64,000 nt of DNA from assembly GCF_009914755.1 (NCBI RefSeq), contig NC_060946.1. One strand, written 5' to 3'. Of the stretch, positions 39,260 through 57,392 are shown in pieces. How positions within the stretch are numbered: the first letter of the stretch is position 1; each line of letters begins with the position of its first letter. The notes beneath the pieces are model-generated. The model searched no databases. It saw nothing but the letters and a program-made list of their open reading frames with translations, and was not told where the DNA came from. The translations under genes were made by a program, and so were the position numbers. The stretch comes from the human T2T-CHM13v2.0 reference genome, Homo sapiens.

Positions 39260-41957
39260 CTAAAATGTGTAAATGAGAGAAAAAAGATTTATGCAACATA
39301 CAAATGAGAGTAATAGCTAAAATAATTTTATAATGTAAAAGCCTATCTGGAAGGGCTCAACATAAATAAACTGCTTAGAATTTTAAATGTTAACTATTCA
39401 TAATAAGCTTAAAAAAACCCAAAGCAGGAAACTAAGAAAATCTACAGATGTATTATATATCAATAATACCATGGAAATGAAACTAAAATAGAATTATCAA
39501 TATTCATCTTGACTCATCTTGACTCAAACCCTGCCCAACATATTTTTACACTAAACTTAATCAGAGAGAGTAGAAAAGTATTAAACCCCATTCTACTGAC
39601 TGCCAGCATTTTAAGTTGGTATTTAAAGTAGAAAGTGAGAAACCTGTAACAGATTCCTTCAACTTTTTAATTTTTTTTCCTGTAGAGATTATTATGGCAA
39701 AATGAACTACCAACTACAAGTACCCAAAAGTTAGTGAAATAAATATTTTTCTGTCTATAGTGAAATATAATCAAGACTGAAGTCCAACACATCTGAAATC
39801 TAGAATACTTTAGCACACGTATATAATCATTTTTTTTCTCACCAAGAAACTAAGTGAAGTAAAAAGCATTCTAAGCCTTTTTTTCCATAAAATTACATAT
39901 TTGGGAAAGTTTTTACTTCCTTTCTGGCAAAATCATATTAAATCTCCCACACTTTATTCTAAATCATTTCCCAAACTTTTCTGAGAAACACTGTGTTCCT
40001 TCAGATGTTAGAAGATGTTTTGTAAAAACAGGCTTCATAGTCAATACACCTGGGCAGTTGCATACTGTGCCTCCCAAAAGGAGATTAACAGTGTCCATCA
40101 GTGCATTTAAAGTTCTGAGAAATCTTCGGTAATTTATTCAAGTGTCTTCCAAGCTTTCTTAAACATGGAACTTTTTTCTCTTCTTCCTGGAATATCTATT
40201 TACATTCACTTATGATATGTGATACAAATTGGTGGAATCCAGTTCTAAACTCTTTGCAACGAACTCTGAACTTACTACTTAAAAAAAAATTCCATTGTAA
40301 GTCACAGAAGAGGGAAATTGATGCTTACTAATGAGAACACATGGCTTATTTTTCTACATTATTTTATTTTGCTTTACATATTCATGTCCCTTCTAAACTA
40401 AATTGGACCTCCTGTAAAAACTATGGCCAGGGCAGGCAGCTTCTATTTTTTGCTTCAAAGCTTTCCATGGCCTATCTCCACTTCTCAGGAAAAATTCCAA
40501 TCACAAAACTTTTTTGGGGATGAAATATATTCTCAGCCGATGCAGCAGCAGGGACATGAAAAGGAAAGCAGGAACTTCATCAGCACATGGTCAAGAAAAG
40601 CCAAGAACAGTTAGGAATCTAGGTCAGGCTAATCGAGACAGACTATCTTTGGATTAAAAAGGTGGAAAGATGGTAGTGGGCATGTTAATGACGATAGCCA
40701 TGAGAAGTAAAAGTTTTGAGAACCTGCATGTCTGAAAATGTCTGTACTCTGCTTTTAGGCTTAATGATCGTTTGGTTAAAGAATTCTAGGTCAGAAATCC
40801 TTCTTTCAGAATTTTGAAGGCCACATTTCACTGTCTTCTTGTTTCTAGTATTGCTGTGCAGGGGTTGGAGCCATTCGAATTCTTATTCATTGCATGTAAC
40901 CTGTTTTATCTCTGAAGCATTACAGAATTTCCTCTTTGTTTCAGAGGGTTTGGAAACTTCTCAGTGATGTACCCTGAAGTGAGACTATTTTCACTCACTG
41001 AGGTCAACTCAATCATGTGACCTATTTCCTTCAGCCCCAGAAAATTATTCTAAATGATTTAATCACTTATTTTCTCCTCTGTGTTTTCTCTGTTGTCTCT
41101 TTCAAAACCTCCTCTTGTCAGATGTTAGATCTCTTGGACTAGTCTTCTAATTTTCTTACTTTTCTTTCCCATTTTCCCCGCCTCCATCTTTCTGCTTTAC
41201 TTCAATGTAGATTTTATCAACTTTAGCTTCCAATCCTCTCATTGATTGCTTATATTTCTGCTATTATATTTTTAAATTTCCAAGAGCTCTTTTTTTTGGT
41301 TTTCAGAAATTCTTTTTGTAATGTCTTGTTCTTGTTTCACATACTGTATTCTCTTATTTCTTTGAGGATAATAAGCTTCTTTGAAAAACTTTTCCTTTCC
41401 CTTCATAGTGTATGTTTCCTCAAAATTATTTTTCTTTGTTTTTGTTTCAATGTTTTATATTAGAAGTTTTCTTTTTTCAGATGTTGGTACCCCTTGCTGC
41501 CCGCTTATGTTTAAGTGTGGAGGATTAAAAGTTGAAAGGAACGTTGAGTGTGTGTATGGCACTTGTCAACTTTGAGCTTCAGTGAATAGTCATTTGTTGG
41601 GGAACCACTAATATCAGTATCTTTAGTTCTTTCCTCTAGGCCAGTTAGGTTCTAGGAGAAAAGTTATCCTATCTCCTACCTAGAGGGTAAAGGTCTAGCT
41701 ACCAGGGTGCTGGGAGGCCAGCAGGGGGAGGGGGCTGCAGCATTCAGCATGTGGTTTACATATCATCACATAATCCTGTGGTTTTGGTGACAGTGCCCAC
41801 ACTTGTAACTCTACCTAGCATCCCTCATTTCAGAGACCTTTCATCTGCCCTCTCCAGAAAACAAATCTTCAGACTCTGCCATGGGTTGCAGAGGTAGGTG
41901 GGTATTCATGGTTAATTGTTCACCTGTCTAAGGACTTAACCACTTTTCAAATGCCTG

Positions 41958-42258
<301 letters not shown>

Positions 42259-42942
42259 CCTCAAATAGTTGTTTTTAAATTCTCTTTGTTTAGCACCAGA
42301 TGGAGTAGGTTTTATAACCCCGTTTCAAATATGAGGCAAGGGAATCTGAAAGAGGCTAAAAATCTTTCCCAAGACCACAAGGCTAGAAAAGGGGAAAGAT
42401 GGGATTCAAATTCAAGTTTCTCTGATGTCATAGAATATGATCTTAATCACAATTCTATACTTCTACACAATTCTATTACATTAGAATTATTTTTACTGTA
42501 TTATAGAATTATGTTAAATTTTGAGTATAAAATTTAGAAGGCAGGTAACCAGGACAGTGAGGGGACTTGACATCTTATCTATAATAAATGGTTGATGGAT
42601 ATGCTAATCTTTACCCGAAAAGAGATGGTAGAAGGATGAGAGGCTATATCTAATTATTTGAAGACAATCAGAAAACCTTAATAATAATACCTTCCATTAC
42701 TCTTAGTTTGCAGGAGCTAGAACTGGGATCAACAGGTAGAACTTACAGAAAACAGATTTTAGCCCACTTCATTAAAAAAAAAACTTTCTCATTGTCATGG
42801 TTCTTCACACACGAAAATAATAATGGTGAGTGATGCTCAGAGCTCATGCACAGCCTGAATAACCATTTGGTAGGGATATTTGAGGCAAGATCGGTGCATC
42901 ACTTTACAGAACTTATCTATTCTTGATGAGATTCTAGGACCC

Positions 42943-43242
42943 GGCTGGGCATGGTGGCTCACACCTGTAATCCCAGCCCTTTGGGAGGTCGAGGTGGGAG
43001 GATAGCTTGGGCCCAGGAATTTGAGAACAGCCTGAGCAACATGGCGAAACCCCTTCTCTACAAGAAGTACAAAAATTAGTTGGGCATGGTGGTGTGTACC
43101 TGTGGTCCCACCTACTTGGGAGACTAAAGTGGGAGGACCACCTGAGCCTGGGAGTTTGAGGCTGCAGTGAGCCGTGGTCATGCCAGGGCGCTCCAACCTG
43201 GGCAAAAGGGTGAGACCCTGTCTCCAAAAAAAAAAAAAAAAA
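42943..43242 (+). mobile_element. AluJ
   Basis: TSD agattctaggac. Confidence 0.9.
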
Positions 43243-43393
43243 GATTCTAGGACTCAAAACATATCTGTTAAAGTACTAAGAAAAGACTCTAGAAATAGAA
43301 TTTGGGTTCCTTCTAGTCAGAAAGAATAACTTAATAAGAAACATTTTAAGTAGGCCAAGACGGAAATAATATTTGAGTCAAATATTAATATCA

Positions 43394-43698
43394 TTTTCTT
43401 TTCTTTTTTTTTTTTGAGACGGAGTCTCGCTCTGTTGCCCAGGCTGGAGTGCAGTGGCGCGATCTTGGCTCACTGCAAGCTCTGCCTCCAGGTTCACACC
43501 ATTCTTCTGCCTCCACCTGACGAGTAGCTGGAATTGCAGGTGCCCGTCACCACGCCCGGCTATTTTTTTTTTGTGTTTTTAGTAGAGACGGGGTTTCACT
43601 GTGTTAACCAGGATGGTCTCAATCTCCTGACCTCGTGATCTGCCTGCCTAGGCCTCCCAAAGTGCTGGGATTACAGGTGTGAGCCACTGAGCCTGGCC
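43394..43698 (-). mobile_element. AluY-like
   Basis: ctgcaagctc..ggttcacaccattc diagnostics. Confidence 0.9.
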
Positions 43699-43787
43699 CC
43701 CATGTTATCATATATATTTAAAGATACGCAGTTAGGTTAGTCACATATATATGCTGTGACTAAAAAACCTGGTATTTAAATTGATGC

Positions 43788-43956
43788 CAGTGGTTCTCAA
43801 AATGTGACTGCAGTAGCATCACCTGGGAATTTGTCAGTAATGAATTTCTTGGGTCCCAGATCTACTAAATCAGAAACTTGGGGGTTGGGCCCAGAAAACT
43901 AAGTTGTAACAAGCTGCCAGGTGTTTCTGAGGTATGCTAAAGTCTGGGACCCACTG
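43788..43956. mobile_element. MER5A hAT MITE
   Basis: cagtggttctcaaa...gcatcacctggga...gggacccactg. Confidence 0.75.
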
Positions 43957-44720
43957 CTTTCTACTATTTAGCCACCTTTCTTTTGCCTTATGACTACAAC
44001 TGCTGACGAAATCGCTTATCATTGTTTACAGTTTTGCAGCTTTGAGTCATAGGCTACATGATGCTTTTGCTTATAAAAAGCCACTTCATCTATAATTGCC
44101 GCATACCAATTTACTTTTGTTTCCAAACACTCCACAGCTGTACACATACTTCAAGCTGCTCTCCAGGGTGCATCCTCACTGCCCATTTAGTTCTCCTGCC
44201 CAGGCTCACTACAGAAGTTATTTGGGTCTCTTGTTAACATTCACACAGTCTACTCAGCAGAACCGAAATAAGCTACAATAAATCGCTGTATTTTAAAATC
44301 TCATTGTGTGATATTTGCACACCAATTAATGTTGGGCTTGCTTGAAGATAGCCCTGATGAAATTATTCCAAATGCTGATGTGTTAACTTTAACTTATTAT
44401 ACTCATAAATAATATTGGACCAGTTAATCGTGATATTAAAACTTTCCATTTTAAAAGCATTTAGAACTGTGCTGCAAAAATAAACTGAGAAATTTCTAGA
44501 AATAATTAAAAACTCTTATGAGCTAGAGATATAAATCTTTCTGTAGGCAGAAGGTCTTTGGTCAACTAAACACTTTAAATAGTTCACTGTAAAACAGAGA
44601 AGTTTTTGTCATTCTCCAATTCACCTCTTTCAGTTTTCCTAGCTGATATACAATGTCTGTCAAGTTAACTATATACAAATTAAAATATTCTGATTTTGTC
44701 CCATGGTTTAAAATGTAACA

Positions 44721-46930
<2,210 letters not shown>

Positions 46931-46944
46931 AAAATTTAACATTT

Positions 46945-47550
46945 TACACAAATGTTTGTGGCAGAATTATTTGTAATAGCCAAAAGCATATCTATTTCTC
47001 TATCTCTATAGAAGAGAGAAAGCTTTATTTCTCTCTCTCTCTCTCTCTATAGAAGATAGACAGATCTCTATAGAAGAGAGAGAGAAATAGATATACTTTT
47101 TGGTATACTATATACTATATACTTTTTGGTATACTATATACTATATTCTATTTTTCTATCTATCTGTATCTATATATATCTTGTTACAATGGAATTAGCC
47201 ATAAAAAGCAATGAAGTACTGATATATGTTACAACATGGATGAATCTTGAAAATACTAGGCTAAGTGAAATAAGTCAGACACAAAAGGCCACATATTGCA
47301 TGATTCCATTTATATGAAATGTTTAGAATAGGCAAATACATAGAGACAACAAGATCTGTGGTTGATGGGAATTAGAGGGAAAGAAGAATGGGGAGTGACT
47401 GCTAATGAGTGTAGGACTTCTAGCCAGTGATGAAAGTGTTTCTGAATTAGTGGTGATGATTTCACAACTGAGAATACACTAAAAGCTACTAAATCATACA
47501 TTTTAAAAGGATGCATTTTATGGTACATTAATTAGATTTCAATTTTTAAA
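46945..47550 (+). mobile_element. L1MB-type 3' fragment with an internal low-complexity palindromic scar
   Basis: acacaaatgttt...aatagccaaaa / acaatggaa..agccataaaaagcaatgaagtactgat. Confidence 0.78.
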
Positions 47551-49040
47551 AAGTGTAACATTTGGAAATTTAATGTCATTATAAATATGCTACATAAAAT
47601 AATAGATTTAGGAAAACTCTTAATCACTTATGCTAAATTTTAATTGGGAAAATTGGATTAAAGATGAGTTTTCTCACTTACCTATAAAGTATAAGCTTTG
47701 AAAATTAAATAGGTGTGGTTTTTTGCCTGTGAAACAGCAGGCAGGAGATGTATACTACAAGAGTTGCTGGGGCTTCCTCCCTGGAGGGATGATGAAGGCT
47801 GCCTTCAACTCTACTCTGCACGGTGCTTCTAAGCCAGCCTGACCAGTAACTCAGGCTTTGCCAAGACACTTTGCAGAACTGTTTTCTACCATTTTCCTCA
47901 GTTTCTGGCTCTGAAGCCTTTTACAGACAAAAAGGAAAAGTGCATGGTTAATGGGTCTTGTGTGTGTGTGTCAAGTTTGATTTCTTTCACTTTCAAAGGT
48001 GGACTGAAAAACAGGTATCTAGAACAAGTACTAGTGAAGACCATGGTAAAAAAACAAAGCCAATTGGATAGGAAAAAAGGATGAAGGCAGTGACAATGCC
48101 TACCACTATCCAATATGAGAAAGTGTAGAATACTGAATTTTTTCCTCCAAAAGAATTAGAAAGCCAAGAACAGTGTAGCTGAACATACTTACTATAAATG
48201 TGGCTTATGAGAATATACTGAAGGCTGACTGCCACCATTTCTAGCTTCCAAGAATCTACTAGCTTCCTCCTCCTTTTCTTGTGTACATGATCAAGTATCT
48301 AATAACTTGAAAGAATAGTTTGAGCTACAGATAAATAACTTAAAATTTAAACTGAGGGGAAGAAATGAGCTGTTCCAAGAACAGAGTTATTTAGAATCAA
48401 GATCAAATGAGGTTGCAGCAGCAAATACATCCCTCTCGTTTGGTACAAATATTAAGGTGTATTAGGTGGCTGCCTTCACTTTCCTGATAGTTGAGATCCA
48501 CTAAAATATGAGCATACAAGAATTTTTTAATTTTCCTAACTTGTTATCTCCGAAAAGGTTATAATGCCAGACCTGGACCCTTCATATAAACAAATACTTC
48601 TTAAAACAAAACTGGAACACAGACACTATCTTATCTATTCTCCATCACCCTGAGTGACGCCAATGTCCATGGAGACTAGCCATCCATCCTGGCCTCACTG
48701 TTTCTTGAATTCCTCACCGCAATGACCTTCAGCCATTCCTCTGAGTAGTCCCTAGAACATGTCATCACTCAGTACTGCCCTCCTCTGAAACCTGTTTTCC
48801 AAAATTACTTTTCTTCTCGCTTACTTCCAGCTCTCCCATTCTTTTTAACATATTGATACTTTGGCCTCACTGAGAGAACAGATGCAACGAAAATCCTCTT
48901 ATTTTCTCCCACTCTATCAACGCCTGCCTGGCTTTGCTTCCTTTCTTAACCAGTCTAGATCCCCATTCTCCACCCCTTCAACCACTTTCTTACCACTCCC
49001 TTGCTGCCATGTATTCTGCCTTACCTGCTAACTTGTAATC

Positions 49041-49246
49041 CGGGGGTCAGCAAACCATTTTTGTAAAGGACCAGATAGCAAATATTTTGGGCTTTGTGGG
49101 ACATATAGTCTCTGTGGCAATTATTCAACTCTGCCTGTTGCAGCACAAAAACAGCAAATTAGCATGGTTGTATTCTAATAAAACTTTATTTACCAAACAG
49201 GCAGTGAGCCAGATTTGGCCCAGAGGCTGTAGTTTGCCACCCACTG
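49041..49246. mobile_element. MER58A hAT MITE
   Basis: ggggtcagcaaac...ggctgtagtttgccacccactg. Confidence 0.8.
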
Positions 49247-51236
49247 CCCTAATTCTATTTTGATTTAAATATCCACCCTTTTCATTCCTGTGCCCAGGCT
49301 GCTCAGTCCCACTGGAGAAAACCACAGGCCTCTGCACACTAGGGTGGCACCAATCACGCTCTCCCAGCATCTTGCCAGCTCCTTCTTCCATTCTCTACAG
49401 TGTCTGTTCTAAACCTAAGCGTTCTCTTCATGGTCCCTATACCACTCCACATCCCTCAGGCTTGGCAGGTGACCTCTGATGAGAAGAAACTGAGGCCATT
49501 ACTCACAGTGTGTGGCACACAAAGGCTCAATACATCTTATTTATTACAAATAACAAGCAGTAACAACAAACCCTTCCCTCACATCTGACACATCCTTTTT
49601 CCTCCTTCCTTACAGGCCCTCCAGATGGGGTGAGTCTCTTTCTTTCTGGATTCTTGACTCTAGTTCACCTCTCTCAGATCGTGATCCACCTAAGGCTCCT
49701 GGCTATCTCCCTCTACCTCACCCTCTGTTGTCTAACACCTCTCACCTGGTTTTTTACAACAGCCTTTGAAGTGTTCCTCACCTCCAATTTCACCGGCCAG
49801 ATCAGCATTTCACATTCCTAAAACAAGGTCATTAGCCTAGCTTAAGACCTTTACTGACCAGCACTGTCTTCAAATTAAAGTTCAAATTTCTTAACCTGGC
49901 ACACATAGCTTCTATCATCTGTCTGGCTTAATTTTCCAGTGTTTTCTTCTACCGCTTCTTCATGCACATTTTCCACTTCTGCTTTACTAAGCTGCCTTTG
50001 GTTCACTTATTAAATATTGAATACTGACTATGTGCAAGCTACTGTGTTTGCTGCTGGGGATGCAATAAGAAACAGCAGACACGGTCTCTTCTCTCATGAA
50101 GATGACATTTCAGTTGGGAAGAAATATTAATATATTAAATAACTTAGCACATATGCAGTCAACTAGAATGACAGTGTGATGAGGATAATTATAGGGTACT
50201 AAGATAGCATATGGTTAGGGGGATTTGAAATACCCTAGGAGGTCAGGAAATCTTAAAGAAGTGATATTCGAGCTGACCTCTGAAGGATGAGTAGGAGTGA
50301 ACCAGGGGAAGGGGTGGGCCGGGAGTGTTCTGGTCAGAGGGAACAACCGTGGTGAAGCAAGATGGTTTATCTGACAAATTGAGAAAATATCAGGCTGGTT
50401 AGAGAGGCAGAAGCTAGGCTTCCCAGGGCTTTAAGAACATGGTGATCAGTCCACTGTTTAAGTTGGGGAATACTAGTGATCAAACTACTCCAGCTGCTTG
50501 ATGGAGAACTGGAGCTCCCCAGAATCTCTTTGCTTGGTTACAATTCTGCATCATTCCTTTGCTTGGAATGCCCTTTCTGGAAGGATAGGCATTTACTTGT
50601 TCCTGAGCATAAAATGAGAAACTCCTGGGTACTTTTGGAAACAACTAGAGAGGATTTTGAGGGTTAGGATGGGACTGAGGTTCTGCAGTTCTAAAGGCGG
50701 AATTAAAAATATGTACACTTGAATAATAATAGCAAATTTTACATTACACTTATCCTATCACCAGGTTCCACTCTACACACTTCGCATTTGTAAATTTATT
50801 AAATCCCCACAATATCTCAATGTGGTAGTTCCATCATTATCTTTGTTCTATAGATGAAGATACTGACCTGCAAGAGGTCAGGTGTCTTGCCTAAGGTTGC
50901 ACATTTAGTGGGTGGGCTGGGATTATGATCCCAGGCAATCTCACTCCAGAGCCTGTGCTATCAGCAACTATGCTATTCATCCAAGTAGGAGCCTAGCTTG
51001 AATTTATGGTGAGGTTTAAAGGGACATTCGATTTATTCTCCGATCTCCCTCTAGGACTGGGAGCTTTGCCATCCTCTCCTATCAGGCTCATGCTGCCTCT
51101 TCTGTGGAACTAGGCAACTTTCAAATTGTGGCCCTCCGTCATGGAGCCAAGCCATGCTCTGACCAATTCTGAAATAATTTGGCCTTAATTTATCAACAGA
51201 GAAATACTGTATTTCACCCTATTAAGAATTTGTTAA

Positions 51237-51648
<412 letters not shown>

Positions 51649-52704
51649 TAGTTAAGCAATTACATAAGCAAGTTAAGTACCACAGCAATGACTGGAGGAA
51701 AATATTATTCTATTATTCAACCAATCACCTTACCTGATGTTCAAGAAATTTCAATCAGAGGGTCAATATTTCAACATTTATAAAAGCTTCTAAGTATAAA
51801 AATGATACAAAAATATATGTACAATAGAGACAATATCACACTATTTTGATTACTATAGCTTTACCGTAAGACTTGAAATTAGGTAGTAGGAGTCCTCCAA
51901 CTTTGTTCTTTTGCTTTCAGGATTGTTTTGGCTATTCTAGACACTTTGTATTTCTATTTAAATGTAAGACTCAGCTTGTCAATTTCTACCAAAAAAAAAA
52001 AAAAGCCTTCTGGGACTGCATTGAATCTGCAGAGCTATTTGGAGAAAAATTACATCTTAACAATACTGAGTCTTCCAATCCATGAACACTGTGTATCTTC
52101 TCAACTTATTTAGGTCTTTAATTGCTCTCAGAAATGTTTCATAGTTTTCACTGCAGAGGTCTTACATGTCTTTTGTTAAGTATTTTGTTTTTGAAAAATG
52201 CTACTGTAAATGGTACTGTTTTAATTTCAATTTCTAATTATTTATTATTGTTGTTTGTTTTTTGAGATAGGGTCTCACTCTGTTGCTCAAGCTGGAGTCC
52301 AGTGGTGCAATCATAGCTCACTGCAGCTTTGAACTCCTGGGCTCAAGAAATCCTCCCACCTCAGCCTCCCAAGGAGCTGGGACCACAAGGTGTGCACCAC
52401 CATGCCAGGCTAAATTTAAAAAAAATTAAAAATTTTCGGCCAGGTGCAGTTCGACCAGCCTGGTCAACATGGCGAAACCCCATCTCTACTAAAAATGCAA
52501 AAATTAGCTGGGCATGGTGGCACGTGCCTGTAATCCCAGCTACTCAGGAGGCTGAGGCAGGAGAATCACTTGAATCCAGGAGGTAGAGGTTGCAGTGAGC
52601 CAAGATCACCCCACTGCACTCCAGCTTGGGTGACAAAGTGAAACTCCATCTCAAAAAAAAAAATTTAAAAATTTTAAAATAGGGACAGGGTCTCCCTATG
52701 TTGT

Positions 52705-53051
52705 TGATATGGTTTGACTGTGTTCCCACTCAAATCTCATCTCGAATTGTATTCCCCACGTGTCAAGGGAGGGAAGTGACTGGATCATGGGGTGGTTTCC
52801 CCCATGCTGTTCTCATGATAGTGAGTGAATTCTCACGAGATCTGATGGTTTTATAAGTGTTTGACAGTTCCTCCTTCATGCACTCTCTCTCCTACCACCT
52901 TGTGAAAAAGGTGCCTGTTTCTCCTTCCACCATGATTCTAAGTTTCCTGAGGCCTCCCCAGCCATGAGGAACTGTGAGTCAACTAAACTTCTTTCCTTTA
53001 TAAATTACCTAGTCTTAGTCATTGATAGCAGTGTGAAAACAGACTAATACA
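52705..53051 (+). mobile_element. THE1D-like MaLR solo LTR
   Basis: tgatatggtttg..ctgtgttcccac.caaatctcatctcgaattgta...agactaataca; 5-bp TSD GTTGT. Confidence 0.85.
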
Positions 53052-53395
53052 GTTGTCCAGGTTGGGACAATACATTTTTTATGCTAACTATGTATCCTGA
53101 AATCTTGCTAAACTCACCTACTAGGTCTAGTAGCCTGTTTGACAGACTCTTTGAGATCTTCCACACAGATAATCCTATCATCTTCGAATAAAAACATTTT
53201 ATTTCTTCCTTTCCAATACATATGCCTTTTATTTATTTTTCTGGCCTAACTGCACTGCCTAAGACCTCTAATACAATGTTGAATAAAAGCGGTGACAGCA
53301 GCCATCCTTTCTTTGTTGCTGATCTGAGTGGTAATGCATTCAGTCTTTTATCATTAATTATGTCAGCAGTACATATTAGGGCTTTTTAAAAAACA

Positions 53396-53717
<322 letters not shown>

Positions 53718-56700
53718 TAAAAATATATACCCTTTATCAGCTTGAGCGAAGTTCCCTCTTATTCATAGTTTGCTTAAATTTTTTAAAGATTGTAAATGAG
53801 TGTAGAATTTTGCCAAATGCTTTTCTGCATGAATCAAGATAATTTTTTCATTTCCATCTGATTCTGTTAATATGGTAGATTACAGTTACAGATTTTCAAA
53901 TGTCAAACCAACCTTATAATTCGGGGAAAAATCCCACTTGGTCATGATGTATTATTATTTTTCTATGTTGCTGGATTTGATTTGCTAATATTTTACTGAG
54001 GATTTCTACATTTGTGTAAATTTTTGAGGAATATTGGTCTATAATTTACTTTTCTTGAAATGTCTTTGTCAGATTTTGGCATTAGATTCTGCTAGCTTCA
54101 TAAAATGAGTTGGGTAGTCCTTCCTTTTCTACTTTCTGAAAAAATTGGCACATGATTATCATTACTTCTTTCTTAGAATTCACTAGTAAGACTATAGGGG
54201 ACTGAGGTTTTCTCTGTGATGTGTTTTTGATAATATATGTATATGTGTGTTTGTGTATATGTGTGTATCTATATGTCTTTTTTCCCCAGCTTATTTGACG
54301 AACACAAAGGTCTTCGCAGGTCAATTTTAGCCAGTTGTCTTATCCATTTCAACTAAGGCATCAAATCTATTGCCATAATGTTGTTCATAATACTCTCTCA
54401 TAATCTTTTGGTAATCTATAGGTTTTTTAGTTATATACTATCTTTAATTCTTAGAATTGGTAATTTGTAATTATTTTTTTGATCAGTCTTAATAGGGATT
54501 TATAAATTTTAACCTTTTTAAAGAGCCACCTTTAATCTGTTTTTATTTCATTTATTCTTATTTTTGTTGTTTACTTCCTTTTACTGACTTTAGGTTTAAT
54601 TTGTTCCTTTTTTCCAAGCATCTTAAGTTAGAACCTTCTATTACTGATTTTTAAGGCATTCTTCCTTTCTCATATAAGCATTTAAAGCTGTAATTTTCCC
54701 TCTAGCAATTTCCTACTAGTTTTAATGCATCTCACATTTTTTGATTTTCATTATCATTGTTTGAAATATTTTCTCATTTCTCTTCAGATTTCTTCTTTGA
54801 CTCATAGATTATTTAGAAGCATATTGCTAAATTTCCAAATATTTGGAGTTCTTCTATGTATTTCATTGTTACCAATTTCTAATTTAATTCTGCTGTGGCC
54901 AGAGACCATACTTTTTTAAGATTTCAATCTTTTGAAATTTATTGTTACTTTTTGTTTGTTTTCATACCGCACTTTATTTCAAAATAGTTTTTGTTTTTAA
55001 TGATGCAGTATGTGTTCTTTCTTGGTGAATGTTCATTTTGCACTTGAAAAAGAATGTTAAAAAAAAGAAAAATAATGTATTCTGCAGTGATTGGATGTTG
55101 TGATTTAGAGATTTGAAGTAGGGTAATGTTTTTGAATAGTTATTCATACTTTCTACATACTCATGGATTTTTATGCCTAGTTCTATCAATTGCTGAGAAT
55201 AATAAAATCTCAAATTAAAACTGCAGATTTGTGTAATTTCTCCCTATAATTCTGTCAGTTTTTGCTTCATGTATTTTTGAAGTTCTTTTATTAGTTACAT
55301 ACACACATTTAGTTGCTGTATATCCCTCATGTTTTGGCCTATGTATCAATATGAAATGTTCTTTTTTAGTAATAATCCTTGTCTTGAAGTCAGTTTTGTC
55401 TGGTATTAATATAGCTACTCCCACTTTATTATGCTGCTTGCACAGTACATATTTTTAATTGTTTTACTTTCAATCAATTTATGTCTTTGTATTTAAAGCA
55501 CTTCCCTCATAGATAGCATATAGTTGACTCTTGCTTTTCTATCCAATCTAAAGTCTCTTCCTCTTAATTGGAAAGTTTATTCCACTTCCATTTAATGTAA
55601 TTATTGAAATGCTTGGATTTAGGTCTTCTATTTTGCTATCTGCCTTCTATTTGTCTGTTTTTGTCCCTCCTTTCTTCTTTTGTGTTGATCGAATATATTT
55701 TTACTATTCCATATTAATTCCTCAGTAGGACTTTGGCTATACCACTATTCTTTCTACAAGCGTAATTAAATATGCATGCTTAACTTATCGTGAGTTAATC
55801 ATAGTTAATACTGTACTATTTCATGTAAAATATAGAAATCTTTCAATGGTATAATTCCATGAACTTTCCATTCTTGGTGCTATGTTGCAATATATATCTA
55901 CATATGTTTTAAACCCCAAAATACAGTATTATAAGTTTTGCTTTAGTTACATGTACTTTTTAATTAGAAGAAAAATATGCATAGTATTTTATATTTATCC
56001 ACATATTTATAATTTCCAGTGCTCATCATTTGTTTCTGTAGATTCAGGTAACTAGCATAATTTCTCATTAGGCTGAAAATAATCCTTCAGTGTTTCTTGT
56101 AGTATGGATTCCCCGATGATCAGTTTTTATTCACTTGAATTAAGTCCTGTTTTCATCTTCATTTTTTTGGTTCTGCTAGATATAGAATTCTGGGTTAATA
56201 GGTTTTGTCATTTAACACTTAAAAGATGACTTTTCATTGTCTCCTGGTATACACTGCTTATGATGAAAAATCAGGTGTCATTCATATTCTTGGTCCTCTG
56301 CATGTAATATGATAATTTTGCTTGCTGCTTTCAAGATTTTGTCTCTGGAATTCAGCTGTCCAACTATGATGTGTCTAGACATAGTGTTTTTTTCTTTAAT
56401 TCTGTTTGAAATTCATTGGGCATTTTGGATCTGAAAGTTTATTTCTTTCACACATTTGGAGAGGTTTGAGCATTGTCTCTTCAAATGATTTTTTCTGACC
56501 CCTATGTCTTTTCCTCACCTTTTAGAACTCCAATTACATCAGTGTCAGACTGCTTGACACTGTTTCACAAGACTGAGTCTCTCTGTTTCTTTTTCTTTAA
56601 TCTTTTTCTTTCCATTTTTCAGATTAGATGATTTCTATTGATCTATTTTCAAATTCACTTGCTCTTTCTTTCATTTTTAATCTTCTGCTAAGCCCTTCCA

Positions 56701-57392
56701 GTAAAATTTTCATTTCAATTATTTATCTTTCAGCTCCAGAACTTCCATTTAATTCCTTTTTACAGTTTTTTGCCTGCCGAGATGCTCCTTTCTATTCATT
56801 AGTTGTGAGTACTTTAAGTTCTTAAATGGATTTGTAATAGCTGCTTTTAGAATTTGTCTGCTAATTGCAACACCTGGGTCATCTAAGGGTCAGTTTCTAC
56901 TGACTCTTAATATCTTCATTATGACCCATATTTTCCTATTTCTTCAAATGCCTAGTGATTTTTAAAATTTTATACTGGACATTTGGATGATACATTGTAA
57001 AGTGTCTGGATTCTGTGATACTCCTCTAAAGAGCACTGATTTTTGTTCTGGTTGGAAGATAACTTGCCTGGCCTTTTCAAACTCCAGTAAGCAAAAGCTG
57101 GTCTCATCTCAGTTCTTTTGGCTTCCAGTAGGATTTTCTTTTCTGGTCAGACTCGCTGGGGTCCCCCTATACGTATAGTTTAGTGGTCGGTCAAGAATTT
57201 GGGAAGAGTTTATACACAAATAATGAGGTTTGCCCCTTCTCAGTCTCCTCTTTTAGGTTTTCATTGATAACTTTCCAGCTTCCCTGCCAGAACTGAACTC
57301 TCTTTTGACACTCCAGGCTATGAGGACTGAAGAGTACCCTCAGAATCTTAATTTCAGCTACTGTATTTTTCAGCTCTACAATTTTCATTTGA

